Positions 20,203 through 29,861 of a stretch of 64,000 nucleotides of DNA are shown piece after piece (positions within the stretch are counted from its first letter, which is position 1; each line of letters starts with the position of its first letter). Made by a program: the position numbers and the translations under genes. The notes under the pieces were generated by a model. That model worked only from the letters and a program-made list of their open reading frames with translations. It was not told where the DNA came from and searched no databases. This stretch comes from Candidatus Pacearchaeota archaeon (GTDB lineage Archaea; Nanobdellota; Nanobdellia; Pacearchaeales; GW2011-AR1): positions 465 through 64,464 of the forward strand of contig JAFCFJ010000008.1 of assembly GCA_017608705.1 (NCBI GenBank), read 5' to 3'.

Positions 20203-21093
20203 ATGAGAAAACCAACTCTTGAAGACAAAGTAGAGTTTGTAGATTATGGGAAGATTCCTTATCTAGAGACTTCTCTGGAAATATTAGATAATCCTGTTGT
20301 TATATTTGAGAAGCTTGATGGCTCAAATGTTCAGGTCAGAAAATATGGCGAGAAGGTTTTGCTTGGAACAAGAAGCAATTTTCTGAATGAGAAGAATATA
20401 AGAGCTATATGGATGTGGGATTTTTTAAGATGGGGGAGAAAATACAAAGATATTCTTTCCAGAATTCCGGACAATGTTATTATTTTCGGTGAGTGGGTAG
20501 CAAATCAGCATGTTTTGGATTATGATTGGGACAAGATAAATAAATTCTATTTTATCGATATTGCTTATGTTGGCTCAAATGGTAAGTTAATCTTTTATGA
20601 TTACTCTGAAGCTAAAGATTATCTTTCTTTTTGGGGAATGAACGAAATTATGGAGATTCTTTCTCCGATTGCAAAAGGTAAGTTTTCGTTTGATGAAATA
20701 AAAAAATTAGCTAACCAGAGAAGTCAATTAGTTAAAAGGGAAAAGAATTTACTCTATGATGGGAAGATGGAGGGAGTAGTGATTAAAGATTATATAAACC
20801 AGAGATTCGTTAAGTACCTTAATCCAGAATTTTCAGAGATTAGGATCGAAGAAAATAAAGCACATCGATATTTGAATGAAAATCGATTTAGGAAAGTAGC
20901 AGCCAAAATTTTTGAAAAATACGGAAAGGTTGTTTTGAATGATCTTATTGCGGCTCTTAGAAGTGATATTTATGAAGAAACAGGAGAATGTATCAGTATT
21001 GGGGCTATTCTTGGAGAAATTAGAATAAATGACTGGCATAAGAAGTACGAGAAGAAGTATAATATTCAGAGATGGTACAATCCTCAGATTTAA
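20203..21093 (+). CDS. ATP-dependent RNA ligase, Rnl2-like
   Basis: Motif I EKLDGSN, III FGEW, IIIa FIDI, IV EGVVIK, V VKY; C-domain YLNENRFRKV...DIYEET resembles the T4 Rnl2 C-domain. Confidence 0.85.
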   Translation: MRKPTLEDKVEFVDYGKIPYLETSLEILDNPVVIFEKLDGSNVQVRKYGEKVLLGTRSNFLNEKNIRAIWMWDFLRWGRKYKDILSRIPDNVIIFGEWVANQHVLDYDWDKINKFYFIDIAYVGSNGKLIFYDYSEAKDYLSFWGMNEIMEILSPIAKGKFSFDEIKKLANQRSQLVKREKNLLYDGKMEGVVIKDYINQRFVKYLNPEFSEIRIEENKAHRYLNENRFRKVAAKIFEKYGKVVLNDLIAALRSDIYEETGECISIGAILGEIRINDWHKKYEKKYNIQRWYNPQI

Positions 21094-21117
21094 AAATCTT
21101 AGTTTCTCTTTGTTTTC

Positions 21118-22554
21118 ATGCCAAACATAAAGCTGAAAGCCGGCTTGGAGATACATCAGCAGCTCGATACAGGAAAGCTTTTCTGCCGTTGTAAGAGCAT
21201 TTTACGTAAGGACAAGCCAGATTTTATCGTGACACGCAAGTTGCACGCTGTTCCTGGCGAGACTGGCGAGATCGATGAAGCTGCATTGTTTGAGCATCTC
21301 CGTGACCGAGAGTTTGTATATGAAGGTTACTATGATAACACCTGCCTGGTTGAGCTTGATGAAGAACCGCCGCGTGAAATAAATAAGGAGGCGTTGGAGA
21401 TAGCATTACAAATTGCTTTGTTACTTAACTGCAAGATTCTGCCTGTGACACAGATAATGCGTAAGACAGTGCTTGATGGAAGCAATGTTTCTGGCTTTCA
21501 GCGTACTGTTTTGATAGCTAAGGATGGCTATGTAGAGACAAGCTATGGCAAGATTGGTATCGCTACTATTTGCCTAGAGGAAGATGCGGCAAGAATCGTG
21601 AGGCGTGAGGACAAGCGTGTTGTGTATAGGCTTGACAGGCTTGGCATACCACTTGTGGAGATAGCTACAAAGCCAGAAATAAAATATGCAAGACAGGCGA
21701 GAGAAGTTGCATTGCATATAGGTGAAGTGCTGCGTGCCTGCAAGGTGCGTCGCGGTATTGGAACGATACGGCAGGATGTTAATCTTTCCGTTAATGTTGA
21801 TGGTAAGCAAGGCGCAAGAATAGAGATCAAGGGTGTGCAAGAGCCAAGGCTTATAGAAAAGACAATAGAAACTGAGGTAAGAAGGCAGGTGGAGCTTATC
21901 GCAAAGGGGGAGAGCAAGCCAGAAGTGCGGAAAGCATTGCCGGATGGCACAACAGAATTTCTTAGGCCTTTGCCCGGTGCCGCGAGAATGTACCCAGAGA
22001 CAGACTTGCCATTGTTGAAAATACCTAGAGAGTTAGTAGACAGCATAAGACATGCGCTGCCGAGACTAAAGCATGAGATGAGGCAAGAGCTTGAGAAGCA
22101 AGGCCTGAATAAGGAACTAATTAAGGTGTTGCTTGATAGCGGAAAGCTTGATGATTATAAGGAATTACTGCGTGTGTATAATAAACCAGACTTCGTGGCC
22201 AAGCTCGTGGCTCTCTGGCCACGCGAATTAGCGAGCCAGGCCAGCATTTCAGTAGAGGACGTTGAGAGTAAGATTAATAATGATATCAAAGCAAAATTGC
22301 TCGAGACAGTGAAGCAAGGAAAGCTTGATGAAAGTCTTGTCAAGCAGGTCATGCAGGCTGTGCTTGATGGCAAACCTCTGGAGGAAGCTATGAAAATTGA
22401 AAAGCCAGAAAACCTCGAGGAAGAAATTATGAAGCTTGTTAAGGAAAAGCCAGGTCTTAGCATTAATGCTTACATGGGCCTTATTATGTCAAGATTCAGG
22501 GGAAAGGTTAGTGGCAAGGAAGCTGCAGAAATTCTTAAAAAGATCCTTTCATAG
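21118..22554 (+). CDS. gatE: Glu-tRNA(Gln) amidotransferase subunit E (short form)
   Basis: GLEIHQQL, DGSNVSGFQRT, RRGIGTIRQDVN, RPLPGAARMYPETD. Confidence 0.95.
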   Translation: MPNIKLKAGLEIHQQLDTGKLFCRCKSILRKDKPDFIVTRKLHAVPGETGEIDEAALFEHLRDREFVYEGYYDNTCLVELDEEPPREINKEALEIALQIALLLNCKILPVTQIMRKTVLDGSNVSGFQRTVLIAKDGYVETSYGKIGIATICLEEDAARIVRREDKRVVYRLDRLGIPLVEIATKPEIKYARQAREVALHIGEVLRACKVRRGIGTIRQDVNLSVNVDGKQGARIEIKGVQEPRLIEKTIETEVRRQVELIAKGESKPEVRKALPDGTTEFLRPLPGAARMYPETDLPLLKIPRELVDSIRHALPRLKHEMRQELEKQGLNKELIKVLLDSGKLDDYKELLRVYNKPDFVAKLVALWPRELASQASISVEDVESKINNDIKAKLLETVKQGKLDESLVKQVMQAVLDGKPLEEAMKIEKPENLEEEIMKLVKEKPGLSINAYMGLIMSRFRGKVSGKEAAEILKKILS

Positions 22555-22563
22555 GCTTGAAAA

Positions 22564-23904
22564 ATGGCAAAAGAAAAAGCAAGCAAGAAGCACGAGGCAG
22601 AGAGAAGATTCTTTACAGCAGAGATAACTCCAGCTATGGATGGCCAGAGCGTGTTGTTGAAAGGCTGGCTTTACGATTTGCGCGATATAGGCAAAATCAG
22701 ATTTTTGATTTTGCGCGATAAGGAAGGTTTTATACAAGTTACTGCAAAGAAAGGCTTAACGAGTGATGCTGTGCTTGAACTTATGAAAGAAATTCCCAGA
22801 GAGAGCGTTATAGCTGTGCGCGGTGTTGTAAAAAAAAGTGAGCAAGCGCCTGGTGGTGTGGAAATAGTTCCAGAGAGTGTTGAGATTATAAACAAGGCGT
22901 TGGAAGTGCCGCCGATAGATCTTACGGAAAGAAGCAAAACAGATTTGAGCAAGAGGCTGGATTGGCGTTTTCTTGACACGAGGCGCAAGAATATAGCACC
23001 CATCTTCAAGGTTCGCTCCAAAATTTACAAAGCTATCGTAAATTTCTTTGATAGTAAGGGCTTTATCAATATCAACACACCAAAACTGACAACACTTGGC
23101 CTTGAGTCGGGGGCAGAGAGCTTTGCTGTTGAGTACTTCGATAAGAAAGCGTGGCTTGCGCAGAGTCCACAGTTCTATAAACAGATGTTTGTTATCGGCG
23201 GTTTCGAGCGTGTTTATGAGATTGCTCCTGTGTTCCGCGCAGAGAAATCACACACAACAAGACATCTCACGGAATTTACCGGCGTAGATTTTGAGATGGG
23301 CTTTATCGAGAGCGAGCATGATGTTATGGATGTAATTGAGGAGATGATGAAGTATGTGATAGAGAGAGTGAGCAAGGAGGCATCGAGAGAGCTTGAGCAA
23401 CTCAATGTTAAGCTGAAAGTGCCAGATAAGATACCGAGGATAAGCATGAAAGAGGCAAAGGAAATGCTCGCCGAGAGAGGTAAAGAGCTTGACGAGGACG
23501 ATGATCTTGATGCTGAAGCAGAGAAACTTTTATGCGAGATCGTTAAGGAAAAATACAATGAGGAGCTTGTTTTTGTCACATTGTTCCCTTGGAGCAAAAG
23601 ACCTTTTTATCATATGAGGCCAGAAAACAACCCTAATGTGACGAAAAGCTTCGATTTGCTTTGGAACGGTCTCGAGGTCTCGACAGGTTCGCAACGTGAG
23701 CATAGGCTTGAGGTCTTGCGGAAACAAGCAGAGGAAAAAGGTGTGAAACTCGATAGCATTTATGCTGCATTGTTCAAATACGGGGCACCGCCACATGGGG
23801 GTGCAGGCTTCGGGCTTGACAGGCTTACACAATCAATGCTAAGACTTGAGAATGTTCGCGAAGCCCTACTTTTGCCTCGTGACCCTGAGAGAATTAGACC
23901 ATAG
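22564..23904 (+). CDS. aspS: Aspartyl-tRNA synthetase (archaeal type, likely non-discriminating)
   Basis: LAQSPQFYKQ, FRAEKSHTTRHLTEF, GSQREH, PPHGGAGFGLDR; clustered with gatCA. Confidence 0.95.
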   Translation: MAKEKASKKHEAERRFFTAEITPAMDGQSVLLKGWLYDLRDIGKIRFLILRDKEGFIQVTAKKGLTSDAVLELMKEIPRESVIAVRGVVKKSEQAPGGVEIVPESVEIINKALEVPPIDLTERSKTDLSKRLDWRFLDTRRKNIAPIFKVRSKIYKAIVNFFDSKGFININTPKLTTLGLESGAESFAVEYFDKKAWLAQSPQFYKQMFVIGGFERVYEIAPVFRAEKSHTTRHLTEFTGVDFEMGFIESEHDVMDVIEEMMKYVIERVSKEASRELEQLNVKLKVPDKIPRISMKEAKEMLAERGKELDEDDDLDAEAEKLLCEIVKEKYNEELVFVTLFPWSKRPFYHMRPENNPNVTKSFDLLWNGLEVSTGSQREHRLEVLRKQAEEKGVKLDSIYAALFKYGAPPHGGAGFGLDRLTQSMLRLENVREALLLPRDPERIRP

Positions 23905-23959
23905 TTAGAGATGCTTGCAAGCAAGAAATCTTTTTAAATTGCCCTTCTTTTAGCTTAGT

Positions 23960-24403
23960 ATGAAGGTTAAAGAGGTGATGAAGAAACGCGTTGTATATGT
24001 TAAGCCAGAAGATAATCTACGCAAGGCTATGAAGCTAATGACGAAAAACGGTGTGAGTGGTTTGGCTGTGATAGAAGACAAACGCATCATAGGTGTGCTG
24101 AGCATAAGCGATATTCTCAACGCAACAAGGCTCAAGTTCAGTAAGTCAAGTGATCCACTTTTTGCCTTGCTCGTTGCTACAATAAAGAAAAAGGACATAG
24201 AGAAGAAAATGCGATATCTCGAGAGTTTGAAAGTAGCTGATGTTATGGTAAAAAAGCCGATAACTATAAATGAGGATGAGAATGTAGAAAAAGCGATTGA
24301 AAAAATGTGTAAGGAAGATATTAACAGAGTGTTCGTGGTGAACAAGAGGAATGAGCTTGTTGGTGTTGTGGCAAGAATTGACATAATAAAGGCTCTTGCT
24401 TGA
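23960..24403 (+). CDS. CBS-domain pair protein
   Basis: Two KVxDVM...GVL/VGVV-xxxDI repeats. Confidence 0.9.
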   Translation: MKVKEVMKKRVVYVKPEDNLRKAMKLMTKNGVSGLAVIEDKRIIGVLSISDILNATRLKFSKSSDPLFALLVATIKKKDIEKKMRYLESLKVADVMVKKPITINEDENVEKAIEKMCKEDINRVFVVNKRNELVGVVARIDIIKALA

Positions 24404-24404
24404 A

Positions 24405-26255
24405 ATGGCATCATTGAAGCGCGAGATAGGTTTTGCTGCTCTGCTTTTAATAAGTATTAATGCTGTTATGGGTACCGGGTTATTTTTTCAGCCAGCTATA
24501 GCTGCCAGGATCGCTGGTTTGGCTTCATTGTTTTCATGGATTTTTATCGGGATTGTTGCCTTGCTTATGGCTCACTATCTTGCATGTCTTGCAGGCATGT
24601 TTCCTCGTGCAGGTGGTATCTATGAGTATGTAAAGCAAGCTTTCTCACAGCGTGAAGCCTTTCTTGCTGGGTGGTCTGCTTGGATCGTGGCTAACATAAC
24701 AATTGCCATGCTTATCGTTGGCTCCCTTATGTATGTCATGCCAAATGCAAGCCAGCTTGTCCGCTTGCTCACTGCTTTTTCTTTTGTTGCTTTGTTTAGT
24801 GTTGTGAGCTATTTTGGTATAAGGCAAAGTACAAAGTTAATGCTATTTTTTGGCATAATTACGCTTACAGCCATATTCTTTGTTGTTGTGATAAATTTAC
24901 CTTCTGTTGATTTTTCGCAAGTAAGAAATATTTTCTCAACATCTTTTTCCCGAATTTTCCTTGCTATGTTTTTCATAGTGGAGAGTTTTTTTGGCTGGGA
25001 AACTCTTACATTCTTGGCTGAAGAAATCAAAGGGTCGAGAAAAAACCTTCCGCGTGCTCTTATGATCTCGACAGTTATTGTTGTTTTGATAGCTTGGCTT
25101 TATGTTGCTTCTACTTTACTTAGTATTAATCTCGAAACTTTTTCGTTGCAGAACGCACCCGTTAATTTTGTTGTTGCTCAAAGGCTAGGTGCAAGAATTG
25201 CAAAGCTATTTTCTTTTTTCCTTTTCATACCTTTGGTTGGCACGGCAGCAAGCTGGATTGTTTCCTCGCCTCGCTTACTTTTAGCAATGGCACGCGATAA
25301 TTTGTTTGTTCCTGGCCTCGAGAAAATACATCCTAAGTACAAGACACCATACCGGGCTATTTTGTTTCAGGCGATAGCGTCATGTTTGATCATAGCCTTG
25401 GGTTTTGCTAATTACGTACTTATTTTGCAACTTTTGCTTCCTCTTGCTCTTTTCACTTATTCTTTTGCTCTACTTGCTTTGCTTAAAATAAGGCTGGCTA
25501 GGAACAGAAAATTTGACAAAATAAGGAAGGCGGCAGGACCATCGTTTCTTATTATTTTCTTTTTTACAGTAATTGTATTTTGGCTTTTTTACGAGAACTC
25601 ATGGAGTATTTTCGCTTTGAGCACAGTACTTATTTTGTTGGGCTATCCTGCCTATACTGTTGTCAAGCTTCAGGATTTTAGGTTCAGGGAAAGATTTTTC
25701 GAGCGCATCTCCTTTGTATATCCGGTCTTGAGCAAAATTTTTTACAGCAAAGCTGATGTGGGCATGATGATAGAGAACGCAAGCATAAAATCAAGCGATG
25801 TGGTGCTTGATTATGGTTTTGCTGGCTTGAACATAGATGAGCTGAGCAAAAAACTTAGCAAGGGGATGCTTGTTATCGCTGATGTTTCCATGCGCAGAAT
25901 TGCCGAAGCTATAAGGATTGCGGAAAAAAAGAAGCTCGAGAATGTGTTTTTCATAAAAGAGGACAAGCTATTGGAGCTTGATAATGCCTTCGACTGTATT
26001 CTTTCGATTGGCATTCTTTCATATTACAGGAATCCAGGAGAAATCCTTGAATTTTTCAGAAAAATTGCTAAAAAAGGCGCACGCATTAGCTTGATAGATT
26101 TTGGCCGGAGCTTCATATGGCCAGCCCCACCACAACTTTCTTCGAGAGAAAAGCTGAGGCGTTTGCTCAAAAAAGCAAGTTTTAGCGAGATAAAGATTTT
26201 CGAAAAAAATAAATTTTTTACGCACTATTATTTTGTTAGCGCGGTGGTAAAATGA
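24405..26255 (+). CDS. APC-family amino-acid permease fused to a C-terminal methyltransferase-like domain
   Basis: MGTGLF, FPRAGGIYEY, GWETLTFLAEE, KIHPKYKTP; C-terminal VVLDYG...FDCILS...KKGARI. Confidence 0.85.
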   Translation: MASLKREIGFAALLLISINAVMGTGLFFQPAIAARIAGLASLFSWIFIGIVALLMAHYLACLAGMFPRAGGIYEYVKQAFSQREAFLAGWSAWIVANITIAMLIVGSLMYVMPNASQLVRLLTAFSFVALFSVVSYFGIRQSTKLMLFFGIITLTAIFFVVVINLPSVDFSQVRNIFSTSFSRIFLAMFFIVESFFGWETLTFLAEEIKGSRKNLPRALMISTVIVVLIAWLYVASTLLSINLETFSLQNAPVNFVVAQRLGARIAKLFSFFLFIPLVGTAASWIVSSPRLLLAMARDNLFVPGLEKIHPKYKTPYRAILFQAIASCLIIALGFANYVLILQLLLPLALFTYSFALLALLKIRLARNRKFDKIRKAAGPSFLIIFFFTVIVFWLFYENSWSIFALSTVLILLGYPAYTVVKLQDFRFRERFFERISFVYPVLSKIFYSKADVGMMIENASIKSSDVVLDYGFAGLNIDELSKKLSKGMLVIADVSMRRIAEAIRIAEKKKLENVFFIKEDKLLELDNAFDCILSIGILSYYRNPGEILEFFRKIAKKGARISLIDFGRSFIWPAPPQLSSREKLRRLLKKASFSEIKIFEKNKFFTHYYFVSAVVK

Positions 26256-26398
26256 TGCACATATGGCATGGTGTGAAAACAAGAACGAGGAAAGCGGTTT
26301 CGCCAGTTGTTGGTTTCATAACCACGCTTATGTTGCTTGCCATTATCGCATTGCTTGCTTTCGTTTTCCTTGTGTTTTCTCGTGTTGTGGCTCACTGA
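26252..26398 (+). CDS. 48-aa protein with class III (archaeal pilin-type) signal peptide (absent from ORF track)
   Basis: MMHIWHGVKTRTRKA|VSPVVGFITTLMLLAIIALLAFVFLVFSRVVAH; ATGA overlap with permease stop. Confidence 0.6.
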   Translation: MMHIWHGVKTRTRKAVSPVVGFITTLMLLAIIALLAFVFLVFSRVVAH

Positions 26399-26449
26399 GC
26401 AAAGCAGGATGTTGGCAAGCTTTATAAATTTCTTTCTCCTGCTCTGAAC

Positions 26450-26743
26450 ATGGACTTTCTATGGCATAGAGTTAGCAAGGAAGAGCGAGAAGAAATAAAG
26501 CAAGAGGCAAAGGCTATTATGGACAGGTTTGTTAATGCACTGGAGAGAGCGGGTATCAGCGATATTGCTGAGGAAGGCTTTCTGGAGCGCGAGAGCTTTG
26601 AGCGTGATGAAATGCATACGGAAAAGAGACGCGAGGAAGAAAAGGACAGGGGTAAGCGCGAGAACGGGTTTCGTGATTTAATGTTCCAGAATGCTAAAAA
26701 AGTTAAAGATGGCTTCATCGTGGCTGAGAAGAAAAAATGGTAA
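26450..26743 (+). CDS. gatC: Asp-tRNA(Asn)/Glu-tRNA(Gln) amidotransferase subunit C-like
   Basis: Small acidic protein overlapping gatA start; FRDLMFQNAKKVKDGFIVAEK C-terminus. Confidence 0.7.
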   Translation: MDFLWHRVSKEEREEIKQEAKAIMDRFVNALERAGISDIAEEGFLERESFERDEMHTEKRREEEKDRGKRENGFRDLMFQNAKKVKDGFIVAEKKKW

Positions 26744-28065
26744 ATCTAGCCAAGGTTTCAGCTGTGGAGAAGCTGAAATTATTGCAGGCAGGAGAGCTAA
26801 CTGCGGAAGAGAACATAGAGTTTTTTCTTCAGCAAATTAATCCTAATGCGCTGGAGCAAGCCAAAGCAATAGACAGAAAGCTGAGAGAAGGCAAGGCAGG
26901 AAAACTGGCAGGCTTGGCTATTGCTGTAAAGGCAAATATAAACGTTAGAGGGCTTAACGCTAACTGCGCGAGCTTGACGCTCAAGGACTATATTAGCCCG
27001 TATGATGCGAGTGTTATAGAGGCCATAAGACGTGAAGATGGCATAGTGATTGGCATCACAAACATGGATGAATTTGCCTGCGGGTCAAGTGGCGAGACCT
27101 CTGCTTTCGGCCCAACAAAGAATCCGCACCGGCATGAGCTTATTCCTGGTGGCTCGTCAAGTGGTTCTGCTGTCGCTGTCGCTGCTTGTCTCAGTGATTT
27201 GGCCTTAGGAAGTGATACGGGCGGAAGCATAAGGAATCCTGCAAGCCATTGCGGTGTTGTTGGTGTAAAACCAAGCTACGGCATGGTATCGCGTTACGGC
27301 CTTATAGATCTGAGTATGAGTCTTGACCAAATCGGGCCTATTGCAAGACACGTAGATGACGCAAGACTCTTGTTTGATGTCATCGCTGGCAAGGACGAGA
27401 GAGATGCCACGACCTTGCACGATAAGCATGATGAAGCCAGGAAAGCAAGGCTAGCCAAGAGGCCGAAGATAGCCTTGCCTGTTGTTCAGGCTGATGAAAA
27501 AATAATAACGGCTGTGCAAGAGAATGTGTATAGAATCGCACAAGAAGTTGAGGCTGAGATTAGCGAAATAAAGATTGACCATATAGATCTTGCTGTCCAA
27601 ACATATTATCCATTGGTCTATGTAGAATTTTTTTCAGCCACACGTCGTTTTGATGGCAGACGTTACGGCGAGCGTATAGAGGAGGTGGCTGGACCTGAAG
27701 TTTTACGTAGAATTCTTGGTGGTAGCGAGATAAGTAAGGCAGAGTATGCTGGCCGTTACTATAGGCGCGCGCTTGCTGCACGTGCTTTGATAAGGCAAGA
27801 GCTTGATAAAATCTTTGAGAAATTTGATTTCATCATAATGCCTACTGTACCGCGATTGCCACACAAGATTGGTCAGGCGCTTAGCGTTGAGGAAATGTAT
27901 GCATACGATTCGCTTACCGTTCTCGCCAATCTGGCAGAATTGCCTGCAATAAGCATTCCTGTAGCGAAAATCAATGGTATTCCAGTTGGAATGCAAATTC
28001 TTGCAAGCCGGTATGGTGATGGCAGGCTCTTTGCATTTGCGAAAAGGTGCGAAGAAATCCTGTAG
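26737..28065 (+). CDS. gatA: Amidotransferase subunit A; apparent short deletion near 26838
   Basis: Amidase signature IAVK, PGGSSSGSA, GSDTGGSIRNPA, RFDGRRYG. Confidence 0.95.
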   Translation: MVNLAKVSAVEKLKLLQAGELTAEENIEFFLQQINPNALEQAKAIDRKLREGKAGKLAGLAIAVKANINVRGLNANCASLTLKDYISPYDASVIEAIRREDGIVIGITNMDEFACGSSGETSAFGPTKNPHRHELIPGGSSSGSAVAVAACLSDLALGSDTGGSIRNPASHCGVVGVKPSYGMVSRYGLIDLSMSLDQIGPIARHVDDARLLFDVIAGKDERDATTLHDKHDEARKARLAKRPKIALPVVQADEKIITAVQENVYRIAQEVEAEISEIKIDHIDLAVQTYYPLVYVEFFSATRRFDGRRYGERIEEVAGPEVLRRILGGSEISKAEYAGRYYRRALAARALIRQELDKIFEKFDFIIMPTVPRLPHKIGQALSVEEMYAYDSLTVLANLAELPAISIPVAKINGIPVGMQILASRYGDGRLFAFAKRCEEIL

Positions 28066-28105
28066 AAAGACAGGAAAAAATCTTGATGATTAAATTTTTA
28101 AACTC

Positions 28106-28792
28106 ATGCCACAAATTTTGATTATGGAAATAAACGGCGTAACAATAGAGTGGCTTGGGCATGCTTCTTTTAGGATTACTAACCAGGATGTCGTGATTTA
28201 TATAGACCCTTATGAAATAGATAGTGAGGAACCAAAAGCGGATATAATCCTAATTACACACAGTCATTATGACCACTGTAGCTCACAAGACGTAGAGAAA
28301 ATAGCCAAGGATGGTACTATAGTACTTTTACCTGCTGATGCGCAAAGCAAGCTCTCGAGGATTAGCAAAGAGCTTAGGCTTGAGCTCGCACGGCCAGGTT
28401 TTACTCGTGATATTGGTGGTGTGACAGTTGTAGCTGTTCCTGCTTACAACACAGATAAGGATTTTCATCCACGAGACGAGGAGTGGCTCGGCTATATAGT
28501 CAAGCTTGGTAATGTCGCAGTATATCATGCTGGCGACACGGATGTTATTGATGAGATGCAAAATATTTCCTCATTGGCTAAGGCAGAGAAACTTATTGCT
28601 TTACTACCTGTTGGAGGAACTTACACCATGAACGCTGATGAAGCAGCAAGGGCAGCAAGTATTATCAAGCCAACAATTGCGGTACCCATGCACTACGGGA
28701 GTATTGTAGGCACGCGAGACGATGCAGAACGTTTTAGGCAACTGTGTGAGGAGCAAGGAATCCAGGCTGTGGTGATGGAGCCCCCTCGTTAG
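28106..28792 (+). CDS. MBL-fold metallo-hydrolase
   Basis: WLGHASF, THSHYDH, YHAGDT, PVGGTYTM, PMHYG. Confidence 0.9.
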   Translation: MPQILIMEINGVTIEWLGHASFRITNQDVVIYIDPYEIDSEEPKADIILITHSHYDHCSSQDVEKIAKDGTIVLLPADAQSKLSRISKELRLELARPGFTRDIGGVTVVAVPAYNTDKDFHPRDEEWLGYIVKLGNVAVYHAGDTDVIDEMQNISSLAKAEKLIALLPVGGTYTMNADEAARAASIIKPTIAVPMHYGSIVGTRDDAERFRQLCEEQGIQAVVMEPPR

Positions 28793-28838
28793 TAGCGAGC
28801 ATAAAAAAGATTAAAAGTATTGTATCTGTTTCTTTATT

Positions 28839-29435
28839 ATGGCAAATGGCTCGGACGTGATAATGAAAAGATTCCAGCATAGGAAACAACATGTGTTGCA
28901 AAGAATGGACAAGAGTAGTAAAGGAGACATAGACAGGGATATTGTAGGGTTGTGCAATAAAATCAATGCTATGGATGATTACTTTACCACCAGCTCTTGC
29001 TCTGGCCGTATTTTGCTCTTGAAAGCAAGCGAAAAAAAGGAGCCTGGCTTATTCTTGGCAGTATGGCACAAAAATGTGGATGTTGGTTCCTTCAAGAAGT
29101 CTCTAGCTAGAGTTCTCGCTAGGGAAAAAGCAGTTGTGTATTTCAAGCTCGATCCATGTATTTTGCATGTTGCTTGCAAGAACCTTGATAGCGCGGTGAG
29201 ATTGCTTGACAAAGCCAAGCTTGCTGGCTGGAAGAAAAGCGGGATTATGGCTAATTCTGACAAGGGTGTAATGCTCGAGCTCATGTCTACAGAAAGATTG
29301 GAATTGCCAATAGCTAGAGATGGCAAGCTGCTTGTCAGCGATGCATATTTAGACTTGTTGCTCGAAGAAGCTAACAAAAAATTGAGAAGGACAAAGGAAA
29401 AGATTAAAAAGCTAGAAAATATGCTGAATATGTAA
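28839..29435 (+). CDS. taw3: tRNA wyosine-derivative biosynthesis methyltransferase (TYW3/Taw3 family)
   Basis: DKSSKGDIDRDI, YFTTSSCSGRI, ILHVAC, GWKKSG. Confidence 0.9.
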   Translation: MANGSDVIMKRFQHRKQHVLQRMDKSSKGDIDRDIVGLCNKINAMDDYFTTSSCSGRILLLKASEKKEPGLFLAVWHKNVDVGSFKKSLARVLAREKAVVYFKLDPCILHVACKNLDSAVRLLDKAKLAGWKKSGIMANSDKGVMLELMSTERLELPIARDGKLLVSDAYLDLLLEEANKKLRRTKEKIKKLENMLNM

Positions 29436-29450
29436 TTTTATAGTGGTAAA

Positions 29451-29789
29451 ATGGAGATCGGCAAGAATTATGAGGCTATGCTGGGTGCGCTTGAGAAAAT
29501 GATACGTAACGCTATAGGAAAAAGGCAAGATATGCCTTACCATTACAAGACGCTTCCTGGTGTTTATAGTATAGTTCTTGGTATTTCACAGGAAAAAGCT
29601 CTATGTTATAAATGCAGAAAGCCAATTTCTGGCGAACTTACCGAGCAAGGCCTTGGTCTGAGGCTTGTTATGCGCTACTCGGTGGATGGCAAGCCAGCTG
29701 CCCAGATGTTTTGGTTTCATGCTCATCATTATCTCGATGTTTCTTCAGTGCTTGAAACTCTCGAGAATAGCAAGAACTTTAGGCGTTAA
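29451..29789 (+). CDS. Hypothetical protein (CxxC...H possible zinc site)
   Basis: 112-aa ORF co-oriented 15 nt after taw3. Confidence 0.55.
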   Translation: MEIGKNYEAMLGALEKMIRNAIGKRQDMPYHYKTLPGVYSIVLGISQEKALCYKCRKPISGELTEQGLGLRLVMRYSVDGKPAAQMFWFHAHHYLDVSSVLETLENSKNFRR

Positions 29790-29861
29790 CAGCGTTAACT
29801 TTATTATGATATTGTGGAATTCTGGCCAAAATTAAATATAAAAAATATATTCTGGCTTAGC

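Noticed and set aside
23730-23770. Possible further small gaps in aspS, gdhA and rgy loops
   Set aside because: Within normal loop-length variation; cannot be called without alignments
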